Counted from the first letter of the whole stretch, positions 49,687 to 63,418 are shown. The stretch is DNA of 63,693 bases, filler included, from Phoronis australis (GCA_002633005.1; 9 parts of 9 records of this genome joined end to end with filler, not necessarily neighbours in it), one strand, 5' to 3'. The notes: a model not told the origin generated them from the sequence alone. Made by a program: numbers and translations.

Positions 49687-51560
49687 NNNNNNNNNNNNNN
49701 NNNNNNNNNNNNNNNNNNNNNNNNNNNNNNTTAATTAATTAANNNNNNNNNNNNNNNNNNNNNNNNNNNNNNNNNNNNNNNNNNNNGTTTGATTTAAATT
49801 CAAAATGGCTGGTGGTCGTACTTCAAAAAAATAAAAATTTACAGGTCGTTGTTTCATTGGGCCATACATGTTTGATGGTGGGTAATTTTAGTACATTTTA
49901 TAAACAATCCGCACAGAATCAAAAACAGAAACAAAAATGCAACTTGCAAAAAGCTCCCGACTTTTTCACTCCCTCCGATCTCCCCATCAGCATGCCCATA
50001 ACACCAGTCAACTACAGGCGCTCGAACTTCTCGATGGCTAATAACCATATATAAGAAATATATGTTTTCTTAGTAATGAATGACATTAGTGGTGATGGAG
50101 GAACAGATAAACTCAAGCGCCTGTGCAGTCAACCACAAGAACAAAAAAAATTACGGGTGGTTGCATTTCAAACTTATAAAAAATTATGGGTGGTAGGCCG
50201 AAGAATGGGTGGTGGGTGCCAAAAAAAGGTGCCTTCCCCCCCTCCCATACAGATTTTACTGGAACAGCCCTGTGGGAAATGGGAATCCTGCGCACTCTGG
50301 CCTTGCGGGAAGTGTGGCCATGGAATGATGAGGGTATATGCAATCAACTTGTTCATTAAAACATACTGGGAGAAACAGCACCTGAACACTTACAGGGATG
50401 CTAGTAATTGTGAAGAAAGAATGAGCTGTTTTGAAAGTGGCGAACGAGGTGAAATGTTGAAAATGGCTGTAAGCAGACCAATCAACCTCACATTTCAACT
50501 GCCATTGAAACTGCGTTAATTAAACAGTAGACATGATTTGTGAGTCTGTTACTGTTCTGCACGTTTTGATGGAAGCTTTGTGGTTGGTTTTACAACTTGA
50601 GTTAAAGCTCTAGATATGATTTGAGTTGTTTGGAATGGCTTGTAGGTTGAGTTAGAACACTAAAAGGCATTCTGATCAACAGGAAGACATCTTGCTATCG
50701 TCATACAGTTAACTAAAAACAGTTTTCCCCTTTATCTGGAAGAATATGTCTGATAACAACTCCAGTCTAAGAACAAAACATGTGGAGAAGTATTTTTGGT
50801 GGAAGACATTTTCACATTATACTTGGGTCAATATCAAAATTGGTTTTTGAAGATGCATTAACAGCTATAATTCAAGAGAAGTCCCCATATCTCAAAGGTA
50901 TGAACAGTGAATGCTGTCAAAACGGAACCCCAAATTTCTGCATTTCAAAACAACACAGTTATCGAATTAAAAGTTAACACAATTAAATCTACATGTACTA
51001 AGGAATAAGCCCATTCTAACTGAAAGCTACATCACCAGTTTCTGTACATGCTGTTCTGCTACACAGTGAGCAGATGAGTAGACTCGACTATACACACAAG
51101 TACAAAAGTGTAAGAAAATCTGACTAAAGATATTTTTCATTGTGACTACATCTAAAGCTGCACAACATCACAACCATATCGTTCAAGGACTACCTGATGC
51201 TAAATAACGGTGTTTTCATGACTTAACTTAAATCATAAGCATCAGATGTCCTACAATGTTATGACATACATTGCTCTGTATGTCTCCAAGTCGTACCCTC
51301 TTTCCCATCTAAAAATACACCCACATGTTCATGTAATGCTAAAAAATCTCTTCAGAGCTACATGTAAAATGTAGTTATCAGAACACTTGCTAGTAACTTT
51401 CCCAAAACTCTTCAACCAAAGGCATAGAGTAATTACGAATGGAATGTTAAGCAAAGAGGCAGTTCCTAAATATGCACATGTCACCTGCACAGGTTTCGTC
51501 ACTTTCCAACTGCAGTGTGCTGTGCACATTTGTTGAAAATTAAACTGGCATTTACTCAGT

Positions 51561-52752
51561 TCACATCTGGGATTTAAGCAACTCCTGCTGTAACAAGACA
51601 ACACGGTTCACTGCTTTATCTGTGGCCTCTTGCTGCTGGTTCAGTCGTTTAGCCATATCACTGAGCCGACTTTTGTACTGAGTCTTTAGCTGACTCATCT
51701 GCCACCTTAAATCCCTGACCATCTCTTGAAGTTCTGGTACATTGTCTGGTAGCTCATCACCCTTGTCCTCCTCATCAGACCCTGGGTCATTAGGAGACAC
51801 TTCCTCCACAAGCCCTGACCTGTTAGCACGTCTCGCACCACTATTCAAGGACTGTGACCTCCGAGGAGGAGGAATCGGTGCAGGACGCCAAGGCACTGGC
51901 TTTGGTCGGAGCATAACATTGTCATTGGGGTCACCCAGGCCTGAATCTATTGACATGACACTGTCACTGGCAGGAAGCAAGAGTGGCTGTGGCTCGCTGG
52001 AAGTAGTGCTCTCTTCAGACTGGTCACTGGCATCACTCATCGTAGCCTCATTCTGGTCATCTTTAACTTCTAACGATACCTCATTCTGGTCATCTTTAAC
52101 TTCTAATGATACCTCAGAAGAAAAGGAAAAATCAAGATCTTCCAGCTCCTTGACTGATGAAGGAACTCCGGGGGCAGACCCTTCGATTCCATTTTCATTG
52201 GATGCATTTGACCGATTCGAATTTAAACGAAGCAAATCTCCAGTGCGTATAGAGTTACCTGAAGAATAGTCCATTTTAAAGAGACTCTTGTGATATCTGA
52301 TGAGGGCCAGAGTTAGATGCTGTGTTAAGTTCTGTGTTCCCATCATTGACTCAGGGCTATCCTCCTCTGATCGGATGATGTTTGGGCCAAAGATTAAAGC
52401 TAAATTTTCCATTGTCATTTTGTTAACCTCACTACTTTGGCTCACAATGTCCAGAAACTGGGACATGTAGTGTAGCAGTGTGTAGTTGTGAACTGGCATC
52501 TTTTTGCTGTTCAAAATCTCATCTAACTTTTCCAAACCTTTTTCCACATTTCCATAGCGGAAACTAGTTGCAATGCTTAGGAAATCTTCATACAAAGAAA
52601 AGGGAATAATGGGCTCGGGTAGTTTCCTTAGGTACATTTTCAACATGGACGCAGCAGTATGAATGTCGATAGTTTCTAAAGTAAACTTGGGACGTTCACC
52701 ACAGTCGTATTTGTTCCGCAGTTCATTCATCAATGATTCACGTCCAGGCAAT
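51561..52752 (-). CDS. ARHGAP24: Terminal coding exon of an ARHGAP22/24/25-like RhoGAP (GAP domain, low-complexity linker, C-terminal coiled coil)
   Basis: LPGRESLMNELRNKYDCGERPKF..DIHTAASMLKMYLRKLPEPIIP...NKMTMENLALIFGPNIIR; acceptor TTTTTCAG, phase 2, splits the expected arginine-finger codon. Confidence 0.88.
52046..52115. repeat. In-frame 33-bp tandem duplication in the RhoGAP exon
   Basis: EVSLEVKDDQN twice; one nucleotide difference between copies. Confidence 0.9.
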
Positions 52753-53119
52753 CTGAAAAATTATTTATGACACTTCATTATACACAAGTGAAAATTAATT
52801 GACTTTGATATTGAGTTTCCAAAATACAGATATTTTTTCCATTGAAAGTACAGTAATATCTCCTTCCCAAAAAATCAATTGAAGGAATAACATTTCCAAG
52901 TTTTTGAGGGTAAATGTGATATTTTTTAGAACAAGTAAGTTACTTAAATCTTATTCTTGTACTGGTAATTTACCCAAGAAAAAATTTCTTGAGGAGAGAG
53001 TAAATAAACTTTGGGTTTTTGAAAATAACTGTTTACTGAATAGCTGACCACATCTTGGTCACAAGACAATCCCACACAAAAATGACACCCTTTTCCAAGA
53101 TATATTTGAGCTACATATT

Positions 53120-53523
53120 TATTGTGTATTGGTAATGCTACTTGTGGTTTTCCTTAGAATATAGTCACGTGGTATTTATGCCCACAAGCCACGTGCTCAT
53201 CCCCTTCTTGTATTAGTTCTCCAAGCGAATTATTATTATTATTATATTTTACTCTCATCTGTGTTGTTTTACTGGTTCTACGAACACAACATTTTGGCGA
53301 CGAGGATAAAAATGGAAGATCTTGCGATTAAACCATTTATTCTTCATCCCACGGAGTCGGCTGGTTCCCGTTGGGAATTGTGGATTAAGCGACTTGACAA
53401 TTATTTGGTGGCAAAGAACATTACTCAGGATCCGCGCAAGAAAGCCACGCTTCTGCACTATGCGGGGGAGGAAGTCTTTGTCATAAACGATTCTCTTCCT
53501 ACGGAAGAAAATGAGACATACGA
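53120..53523 (+). mobile_element. 5' end of a Ty3/gypsy LTR retrotransposon: short LTR (about 53120-53291), PBS (53295-53305) and gag start (ATG 53312)
   Basis: LTR ends TATTGTGT...ACACAACA; PBS TGGCGACGAGG; gag-like SRWELWIKRLDNYLVAKNITQDPRKKATLLHYAG. Confidence 0.8.
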
Positions 53524-53869
53524 NNNNNNNNNNNNNNNNNNNNNNNNNNNNNNNNNNNNNNNNNNNNTTAATTAATTAANNNNNNNNNNNNNNNNNNNNN
53601 NNNNNNNNNNNNNNNNNNNNNNNTTTGATCTTGGACACCTGTAAAGGAAGCCATAGATCCGTGCTGACTGACCACCACTCCAACGATATCCTTCACAAAG
53701 AGCTGTCACATCCATTGATGATAAGTTTGGAATATTTTTTCACAATACTGGTTTTTAGCAAAAATTGCTGATAATACCCCATATGGCACAAGGATTATAT
53801 TATTGGAAACGATGTCAAAGAGCAAATAGATGACAATACACTGTACATGGGTGTTATCACATTGTAAGT

Positions 53870-55385
53870 GTTCCACAGTCATATCAGGAAGCTGTTACAT
53901 GTAGCAGGTCTTATGATTGGCAACGGGCAATGGAAGCAGAAATTGATGCTTTGAATGACAATGATAATTTTGAGCTAACTGTCTTACCTCCAGGCAGGAA
54001 AGCAGTGGGAGGAAATGGGTTTATGCTGTGAAGTAAGGACAAAACAACGAAGAACAGTACAAAGCCAGATTTGTTGCAAAAGGTTTCTCTCAGATACCAA
54101 ACATTGATTACCATGACACTTTTGCCCCACTGCAAGACATACTTCCATTAGGACGTTGATGCAATTAGCATTCCAGAATGATTTTATTGTACACCAGATG
54201 GATGTAAAAGCTACATAATTACCTAAACGCGTCCATTGATTGTGAATTGTATGTTGAACGACCAGAAGGTTTTGAAGTAAAAGCGAAATTGGTGAAAACT
54301 AATAGTGTATAACTTGAAGAAATCATTGTATGGCCTGAAACAAAGTGGGAGAAACTGGAATTTGCTTCATTCACATTTGGTTGAACAGGGTTTCTGTCGG
54401 TCACTGGTAGATAGATCCATGTGTTTACACTAGAATTTCCGACAGTGAAGTGGCCATTATCGTTAGATGACATCATCAAAGCTGCTAATTCTACCCACAG
54501 TCTTGAAAATGTGAAGCAGCGCTTAAAAGTCAGCTGGTACTCTTAAACTGATTGGATTCTGTGATGCAGATTGAGCCAACCATGAGGAAAAGCACGACGG
54601 GTTGGGTTTGTGTTGTCTGATCAGGGTCCACTGATTTCGTGGAAAACAAGAGAACAGCAAACGGTAGCTCTCTCGACTTTTGAAGCAGAGTATATGTCAA
54701 TATCTGCTACAACACAGGAAGGCATTTTCTTGAAAGCTCGAGTGGTTGTAAAGTGCAAAAGTTCAGTATCCACTGTGACAGTCAGAGTGCTGTTACACTG
54801 ACCAAAACCCCCGTTGTGCATCAGAGGTCCAAACATATTGATATTCGATACCATTTTGTCAGAGATGAAATCCAGAAAAATGCTATGAAAAATTGAACAT
54901 GTACCCACCGATCAGAATATTGCTGATTTATTCCCAAAGCCTGTCCCAGGGACAAAGACATGAAGTTTAGAAAAATCCTCCTGGGTAGTTAAGCTGTGTA
55001 TCTGTAAAACTGTATGTTATGCCTTGTGAGTTTGGTATTACTGTAGATGTTTCATCTAGGATTTATCTATTTTGAATGTCCTTATATGCATGTTGAGGAT
55101 AGTGTAGATCAAGTGGGGGTGTTGAAGGATGATCTGCATGCTGTATTATAAATTGCATAAGAGATTGTTGTATAAACATTGCATAAGAATTGCATAAGAA
55201 ATTGTTGTATAAGAAATAATTAGTTGAATCCTCTGGCTTTGGAATGCATTGATTTCACTCTTTTTGGTTTTGCTGTATCTTGCCTTATATGGGCATACTA
55301 CTTGTGTATATATTGATGCAATCATAGAATAAAACATTCTGATAGATAGTTTCTTATACAGAAACACGGTGTTCTTTTATTAACT
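53870..55385 (+). mobile_element. Decayed Ty1/copia retrotransposon: RT/RNase H pseudogene, PPT and 3' LTR
   Basis: WQRAMEAEI, YKARFVAKGFSQ, HQMDVKA, KKSLYGLKQSGRNWN, ISWKTREQQTVALSTFEAEY and SKHIDIRYHFVR with frameshifts; PPT AAGTGGGGG, then TGTTG at 55120. Confidence 0.92.
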
Positions 55386-55481
55386 GGCAGACCGTCAAGT
55401 CCACTTCGTGCACAATGTCCCACCAATCATCAACATAATCTTCACTGAATGTGCGTATTTTGCCTGGTCTCAAGTACTTAC

Positions 55482-55482
55482 A

Positions 55483-55519
<37 letters not shown>
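55482..55519. repeat. (TAC)n microsatellite
   Basis: Perfect TAC run. Confidence 0.95.
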
Positions 55520-56503
55520 GCGCATTTTTTCCATACAGTACACAGGTCTGACATAGTCCACTTTCATCAACGATGTGTTTGTAAACAGGTGATAATGGTG
55601 ACTACATAGATATTTAGACATCAAAAGCTAAATGCAAGACAAACTTAGCTTTGGCAAAACTAGATTATCACAAGGAGGGGATGGAACATAATGTACAGTC
55701 TGCTGGCGATAGCAGTAGTATCACTCACCAAAATTGAAAAAAGTACGATTCCACGTTGTCAGCAAAAAATATAAACTTGCCATAAAGAAGTACAAAAAAG
55801 TACAATTTATTGAACATACCATTAACTGTGTTTAAAAGTACAACATAAGTTATCTAAATGAAGTGTTTTAAAACACTTTACTTGTCACCGCCCAAGTGCT
55901 CAATTGTCCGTCACACAACCATGCAGCTTGAGAAGTTGCTGCTCTCACAGTCACCAGCACAACATTCCCGGTTATTCTTGACCCACTGCATTAGATGGTT
56001 AATACTGCCTAACAGTTTTCAAAAAGTATAAAGTGGCAGCACCGTGCAGGCCGGAATAAAAACATTTTCCTGAATGCTTAGTACACTCTACAACAAACAG
56101 AAACTATGTCCAAAATCAGGACAAAGGTAGTTTCGCAAGACGGCCTATTGATCACTTCATGTCAAATTTTACATGGTCAAGAAAATGTAAGTCTGTCACT
56201 TTGAATGACCTACCCTAATGGAGGCGAATCCAACAACTAGTGCGACGACATCAGACAGCATATGGNNNNNNNNNNNNNNNNNNNNNNNNNNNNNNNNNNN
56301 NNNNNNNNNTTAATTAATTAANNNNNNNNNNNNNNNNNNNNNNNNNNNNNNNNNNNNNNNNNNNNGCTCAATGCTTACATTTGTATAAATGCACACCGCT
56401 GAAATTTCAAGAATGTCACCTTTAAACGTCCTCGTTTGATTACACTCGCCATAAGGTCCACCTGACTATTTGACGAGTTTCTGATAAAGGTAATACCATA
56501 TAC

Positions 56504-59500
56504 CTAATTCCTTCTCTGGCAAACGCACAAACTTCTTATTCTCCAGCACAAATGGCTCCATACTGTCCAGGTCTTCATTCCACTCTTGCATTAGTTGTTC
56601 CTAAGATGTACCAATACAGTATAGTAAAACACAATAAAACAATAATACAACAATACAATGCAATACAATACCATAAAAATACAACATTAATACAATAGGC
56701 ACTCAATACTAATACAAATCTCTAATATGATAGTAATGCAATATAATGCTAATGAAAATGCCATATCATAGTAAACCAATGCAATGTATTATTGAAGGGT
56801 GCCTAGCTCATCAAATGGCTATAATGCATACCTAAATCTATGCTATGACATTTTAAACACTCTGAACTCAAATCCAAACTATGAAGATTTCTAGCCCATC
56901 AATTCCCAAATATTTAACAACAGTAGACAGAATCTCATATTCATTAACCAAACTTACAGCTTCATCTCTAGACATTGGTGGTTGGCGAGGCATAAACAAG
57001 GCTGATAGATCTGTCTTCAGCTTATCGCGCTCCATGATTTGCTGAAAAGACAACGACAATGAGTTACCAAATATTTTGTTTTGTGATGTACAAATAAATT
57101 CTGGTATGACTGCTTCTAGAATCACTTAAATTGTAAGTAACCACCAATCAGGTACCACAAAGCAGCTTGGGGTATAAAAACCCAACATTTTCAAAATGTT
57201 GTACAGATATGCTTTCAGGTAATTTCAAGGCATATTAAGGAACATAAGGAAATAACAAAATTGATAAGAAAATGAAAACATTTTAAAAGGTATGGTAGTC
57301 ATCAGATAACAATTTACAACACAGTTGTGTCCATACAAATGCTGATAAAATAAAAATGTCTTTAAAGATACTTATATACTTTGAATAACTTTGTTGAGGA
57401 AAATATGCAACATTGAAAAGGATTATTGAAAAAATAATTAACCCCACCAGAGCAGAGCCCAGTCAACTCACCTTAATGTCTGCCCCACGCCTCTGTACTG
57501 ACTCTGATGTCCTGGTGAAGTCAACTGCAATCACGTCGTCCCAACCCACGAACTTAGTTTTAAATATTGCACTTTCAGCACTGCAACAGATTGCAACAAA
57601 GGTGAGTCGGCTATATACCATGAAAACAACTATCTCCTGCTACGTGACTATTCAACAGGTGAAAAATGTGGCTGAAAATGGGTAAGCCACTTACAGGGGC
57701 CCTGGATTTTGAGAACCAGTATTCTGCACTAAATAACAGGCATCAAACTGATTCGCAAAATCCGGGATCCCTGTTTTATGCACAAAATATATTTTTATCT
57801 GAATATCCTACTCCAACTGTAGTGAGCACGCGTCACCATTCAACCTACCTCTCCATACACCTGGACACTAAGGAGTAAGCACACGTCACTATTCAACCTA
57901 CCCCTGCATACATCTGGCCACTAAGGAGTAAGCACACGTCACTATTCAACCTACCCCTCCATACACCTGGTCACCAAGGAGTAAGCACACGTCACTATTC
58001 AACCTACCCCTCCATACACCTGGCCACTAAGGAGTAAGCACATGTCACTATTCAACCTACCTCTCCATACACCTGGCCACTAAAGAGTAAGCACACATCA
58101 CTATTCAACCTACCCCTCCATACACCTGGTCACCAAGGAGTAAGCAGGCCTGTCAATCATATTATTGAGTTCCTGACACAACTTTAGGGCGGCGGCACGC
58201 ACCAATCGCGTGGACTTGCGACCGATCCTGAAATGCAACAGAAAGAGGGTACAATGTATGCAACATGAAACAGTTTCGACTGTAATTACCTAATGTTTAC
58301 CTTAGTTATAGTCTTCACCGTTTAGACAACAATAATTCGACATAATATTGTTACTCCAGGTGTGAATTCTGCTTGTACTTCACCCATCACGAGAGCGAAT
58401 TCCACCAGGGATCAGCCGTCATGAAGATAAATTCCACCTGCCCTCAGCAGAGATAACGAGAACTGTGTGTCATTTTGTTTTTTTTGTGTGATGCATTTTA
58501 TTTAATTGACTTTGGGAGACGCGAGTTGATTTTAGGGTTAATAAAAACAAATTAGTGATTGTCAGTCATGCTTTTTGCAAATTGCTAATAGTTCCTAAGC
58601 AATGGGTAAATACTAAATTTGATACACAAAAAGAAAATGTTCGTTTTTCATGCGAAGGCTAGCATAAGCACTTCAAAATAAATCACATCTATTGGATGTG
58701 AACCGAAATTCCGTCAAAGTAATAAATTTTTTATTAACACCACTCAACGCCATAAACTTGATCTCATCGCATTCTCAACTTAGATGACAACCGGTTTTTG
58801 GGCTTGGAGTAAATTAGCAGTTTGAATAACTGTTCAAGACTATGCTCGGTGCATAAAATAACGTGCCGTGACAAACTCACTTGTAGAGCCTGGTATCATC
58901 ATCATATTCTTCTCAATTGTTATGATCTATTTAATTTACAGTTACTTGGTGGTCAGCGAACTAGCGGCCCGTGCCTTTGCTGGCCACCCAGTTATATAAC
59001 AATGTAGGTTTTTATACGATTCAAAAAATAAAGTTTCTCTCTCTCTCAAGCAATTACTAACCAGCCAGTCTTTTCCAAGCACAGTAATCACCTTAAACTA
59101 GACTAAGTAAAAATCTGAGACAAATATTATAAATGTACAGCAGTCTAAATCAAAGCTTAATTTTTGGGAAGGTGATTTTACAGCCGCTTTAACACGTCAC
59201 CTTTGAAGTTAATGTGAGTAGATTTTACAAAACATGAAGCAAACCTAGTGACCGCACCTTTAAAACTACAATTACAACAATTTTGCCACCTTGGAATTGC
59301 CTCCCCTGTACTCACCAAACAAACACATCACCATAACAATCCATAATGTAGACATTCTTGGACTGCAGTAACTTCGGGGTGAACTTGCGCTCAGGCAACT
59401 CCACTACAACATTTCAATAAGAATTAAAAAAACAACAACATAAAAAAAGAACTAACAGCAGCTTTGAAACTTACAAATCTTTAATTTATTTGCTTCTCTA

Positions 59501-59642
59501 AATGCCATAACATCACAACACAGTTGTGCTCAATATTTTGAATGAGTGCTCCCTTGTTACAAATCATTTTTCATGTTTTTGTATATCTGCAATCAATCAA
59601 TCGATCAGTCGGTCGGTCGGTCGCTCAATCAATCAATCATTT

Positions 59643-59685
<43 letters not shown>

Positions 59686-62532
59686 TATTTTAGTGACTTG
59701 TAGCAATTGCTACCCAGCCACAACTTTGGCTTATAAGTCACCATTTCCAAAGATCTGTAATTATGCGGACCATATTTCTAGATAGCAGTGTGGTTGCTCT
59801 CTTTTTAAATATTTACATGTCCACCAAAATCATAACAAGTTTGTACCTGACTATTTAAAATGGGAATTTAAATTATTCAACTAATTTCAATGTATGGAAG
59901 GAAATTATGTAAAAAAGTGAAAATTTTGAAACATTTTAACCAAATCTTCAACAAATTTGTTGTTTACCTTGTGGTAATTCCAAGTAGCCCATACCCAGGC
60001 CAACCTTGTACAACTTTGGCACTTTAGGCTTGAAATCATCAGGTACGTGTGCCTGGGGAACGAAGTAGAACATGCTAAACTTTCAGACCATTATTAATAA
60101 CTAGGATGTTCATTCTGTTTTATGATCACTTATAAGCCCACCACTCCTTAATACTCAAAATTTTATGATCATTTATATTAAAGCACAAACACCCGTTCTC
60201 AGCATCAATTTTGGCGTTTTACATGAAAAACACCAACATTTGATTCAGAATAATCACATTCAAATGACCAAAATGGATCATACACAACCATAGAAAACCT
60301 TTGGGTTAGCTTCGTTTGTGTTGTGACATCAGTGATCGTACACTACATCAGTGGACATGTGTCCTGTTTGCACGTGTAGGTCGCCATATTATCAACGAGG
60401 GTCTGGACTCACTTTTTGACACCATTCCAAGTTTCATTAACATGGATACATTAAGGAAAGTGTTGAACAAGTTTACTTGTAATGTAATTCGATTTACCAT
60501 TGGCGCCATCTATTGTCTTTTACCTGTTGCTTCATTGTATGACTCAACTCCCATGTATGTTATGATTTCCCACCACAATCCTTAGGACTTACTTCCTGTA
60601 GAGGGAATAAACATGGACACTATGCCATTTTCTTTAACTTTATCCACAAGCACCCCACTAAAACAGGAAAGAAAATTCCAGGACTATACTTTAAACTAGT
60701 TAAGTAAACCACAAAAAATAAATCTCACCACAATAAGGTTTTCAGTGTTGCCGCCCATGTATTTCCAGAAGTCCTCACCCTCGGCTCCCTGCACCAACAT
60801 GACGATATTCGACTTGTTCTTACGATCAACCTTGTTCAGCTTGTCAGCTATGAGCCTGTGGGTCAAATGAATCGATAAGAACTGAAGGAACAAATTTTCA
60901 GACTTACACAAAAATGTTCTTATCATAGATGTGTTCATAAAGAAATGTGATGAATGAGAAAAGGAATATAATTGACAGCAGACTTGGTTCACGAAAAAAT
61001 GTATTGACGAACACTGTGGCGTCCAGTTCCACGATGCCTTCGTTGTAAAATTAAGCTAAAGTCACTGACGAACATACCAAATAGATCATTCAGGCATTCT
61101 CAAATGTTTCTATTCACTCCTCATGACTCATGTTGCGTGAAAAGAAACACGAAGTCACTTGATATGAACTCCGTGACATCGCCTCTATGCTACCAAATCC
61201 TGACCTTGAAAAATCACCAGCACTTCGAAGTGAAAAGAGGCAATCATTTGAACACAAGAGAATGCAGAAACAAATACAACACTTCCTGCAACATACCTTG
61301 TTTTTGACTTGGTCATAAGCTTTGCATTCCTGCCCATCCATATGAACATGACTTTACCACAGTCGAGCAGAAAGACAAAGCGAGGATCCAGGGAATCCTT
61401 GTTCACGGGTTGCTGTCAAACAACATGTAGGTGTCAATCAAAGAAGACAATGTCATTTTGAATTGATAACAAATCTGACAATTTCCATGAGAGAAAATTG
61501 TCTACAGCTCTCTACAAACTACTACAAAATGAAAGCTTTCAAATACAGCAGAGAGGAAACTGACAAATTACCTTTCAAGACAGAAAACTTACTCTCATGA
61601 CTGTGTAGGCCTACTTAATGCTTTAATTACTATACTATCACCTGTATGAGTGGCACAGACTTTTCATCACTGGCTTTGCTTACACCTAAACAGAAGGCTG
61701 ATTTCTGACAAGATTAGCATAGTAGGGGATAAACTTAAGAGCTATGTTGAGCGCTGCTTCCACAAATACGACTATTTTCTTGGAAAATCCCATTTTACAA
61801 AATGTCCAGTGTTCTCATGTAAATGTGCATCACGTCATGAGTTCTGAACTATAGGCAAGTTTGAACACCACTTACTGGCTCCAGATGTACATAATGAGTC
61901 CCAGAACACCTGTACAAACGAGGTTCAACTTCCTGAAAAACACACAAGAACAAATCAAAGTAAGTGAGCTCTTCAAAAGACATTACCACCAGTTAAGTAT
62001 TAAAATTATGCAAAAGTGCAATGTTTTAAATGTCACAGTTTAAAAAATGTTTTTTAACTGAGGCATGCTTTCCTCTCATGTTCCTTTTCATTTTCCCTAT
62101 GGTTTTAGGTCACAATTCTTATTTTCCATATTTTTGTCTTTACCATAATCTTTAGTAAACAACTTTAGCCAAACACAACGGAGTATATGACTTTGTAACA
62201 TGGCGCGAAAAATGATTTTTTAAAATTACAAATGTTAATAACTGATTTCCAAAAGATGTTAACATTCTCTAGATTTTCCACGACGCACGCATACCATGCT
62301 ACCGTTGTAATTTGAATACATCTTCAATCCCCATGTTCACAATTACCTGCTCCTCGACAGTGAAGAAGCCAGTAGCTGTGTGCTCACCCTCGATGTAAGC
62401 GATCTCGTTCTCAAACAGCAGCAGAAACTCATCGCTTTCATCATTCATCTCTTCGCGTATCGTCCGTCCCTCGGCGCCGAGCAGATTGCGCAGGTTCACG
62501 GCGTGAATGGCAGAACACGCTTTCTTATCCAG
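56504..62532 (-). CDS. FLII: Flightless-I homolog, gelsolin-repeat region, partial. Exons 62532-62347, 61932-61876, 61412-61297, 60855-60729, 60052-59968, 59403-59316, 58227-58114, 57580-57472, 57041-56958, 56600-56504
   Basis: [86 protein letters not shown] and [24 protein letters not shown]; all GT-AG phases are consistent. Confidence 0.95.
57826..58146. repeat. 53-bp minisatellite, 6 copies, overlapping an FLII exon 3' end and splice donor
   Basis: Unit GCACACGTCACTATTCAACCTACCCCTCCATACACCTGGYCACYAAGGAGTAA at 57826, 57879, 57932, 57985, 58038 and 58091. Confidence 0.95.
59590..59683. repeat. (AATC)n/(GGTC)n compound microsatellite in an FLII intron
   Basis: Visible directly in the sequence. 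Confidence 0.9.
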
Positions 62533-63184
62533 CTAGAATACAGAAATATAGTAATGGNNNNNNNNNNNNNNNNNNNNNNNNNNNNNNNNNNNNNNNNNNN
62601 NTTAATTAATTAANNNNNNNNNNNNNNNNNNNNNNNNNNNNNNNNNNNNNNNNNNNNACAATGAACAGCTGATGCGAATACGACGCACAAAAGGAATGAT
62701 AATTACTTTCACCTTGCTCCAGGTTTGCAGCTCATAGTGATTAGAAGTAGCGCAAGTTACCCTAGAACAAGTTAGCCCACCTAAGGTGGAGTAAGTTGTC
62801 ACAAGTGGGGTAAGTTGCATTAGTTTAAATAGCTTCCACACAGCCTCCAAACCTAGCAACATTTCGTTCCCGGAGTAACTTGTTCTAGGGTAAGTGTATA
62901 TGTGAATGGTACTTTAACCTACTAAACATGTCCACAAAATGCAGAGACAGGGCAAGGCTACTTAATCGTCTTCAAATGCTCGGGATACACCATTTTGAGA
63001 AGATTAAGGATCTGAAAGTATGTCTGCAGTTCCTTGTAGACTTCAAGTATATTGACATTTACTTGAAAAGAAGATATTAAATTTACACCACATTTCAATC
63101 TAAACATTAATTGTAAGGGTGGGTAACTGCCTCATACGATTAGTAAATGTTTGTTCTATAGTTGTCTAATCTCTATGTACGTGA

Positions 63185-63418
63185 TGCTCTACGTGTGTCT
63201 GTTTAAGCTGATGACAGGGGAAGGGGTGAAGATGATATTGATTGTACATATACGATGACCTACTTGTGTCTGTTTAGGCAGGTGAGAGGCAGAGGGGGGG
63301 GGGGGGGGNNNNNNNNNNNNNNNNNNNNNNNNNNGGGGGTGTAATATTGTACATATACAATGACCTACTTGTGTCTGTTTAGGCTGGTGAAAGGCGGAGG
63401 GGTGAAGGTGATATTGAC
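63185..63418. repeat. Degenerate repeat (about 70-100 bp, at least 3 copies) duplicating the IK exon splice acceptor
   Basis: TAC(G/T)TGTGTCTGTTTA(A/G)GC recurs near 63190, 63261 and 63366, each followed by exon-like sequence; an N gap lies within. Confidence 0.7.

Noticed and set aside
51742-52269. 175-aa Ser-rich plus-strand ORF
   Set aside because: Antisense shadow of the acidic RhoGAP linker.
53312-54990. A chimeric gypsy-gag / copia-pol element
   Set aside because: The two parts are separated by an artificial spacer and unrelated sequence.
55880-55990. Minus-strand exon with in-frame TGA (WVKNNRECCAGDCESSNFSSCMVV*RTIEHLG) as a possible selenoprotein
   Set aside because: No CxxU/UxxC spacing, no recognisable family or SECIS; CGA>TGA decay of a pseudo-exon is simpler.
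57826-58146. CRISPR-like array
   Set aside because: Units are head-to-tail with no unique spacers, there are no cas genes, and the context is a eukaryotic intron.
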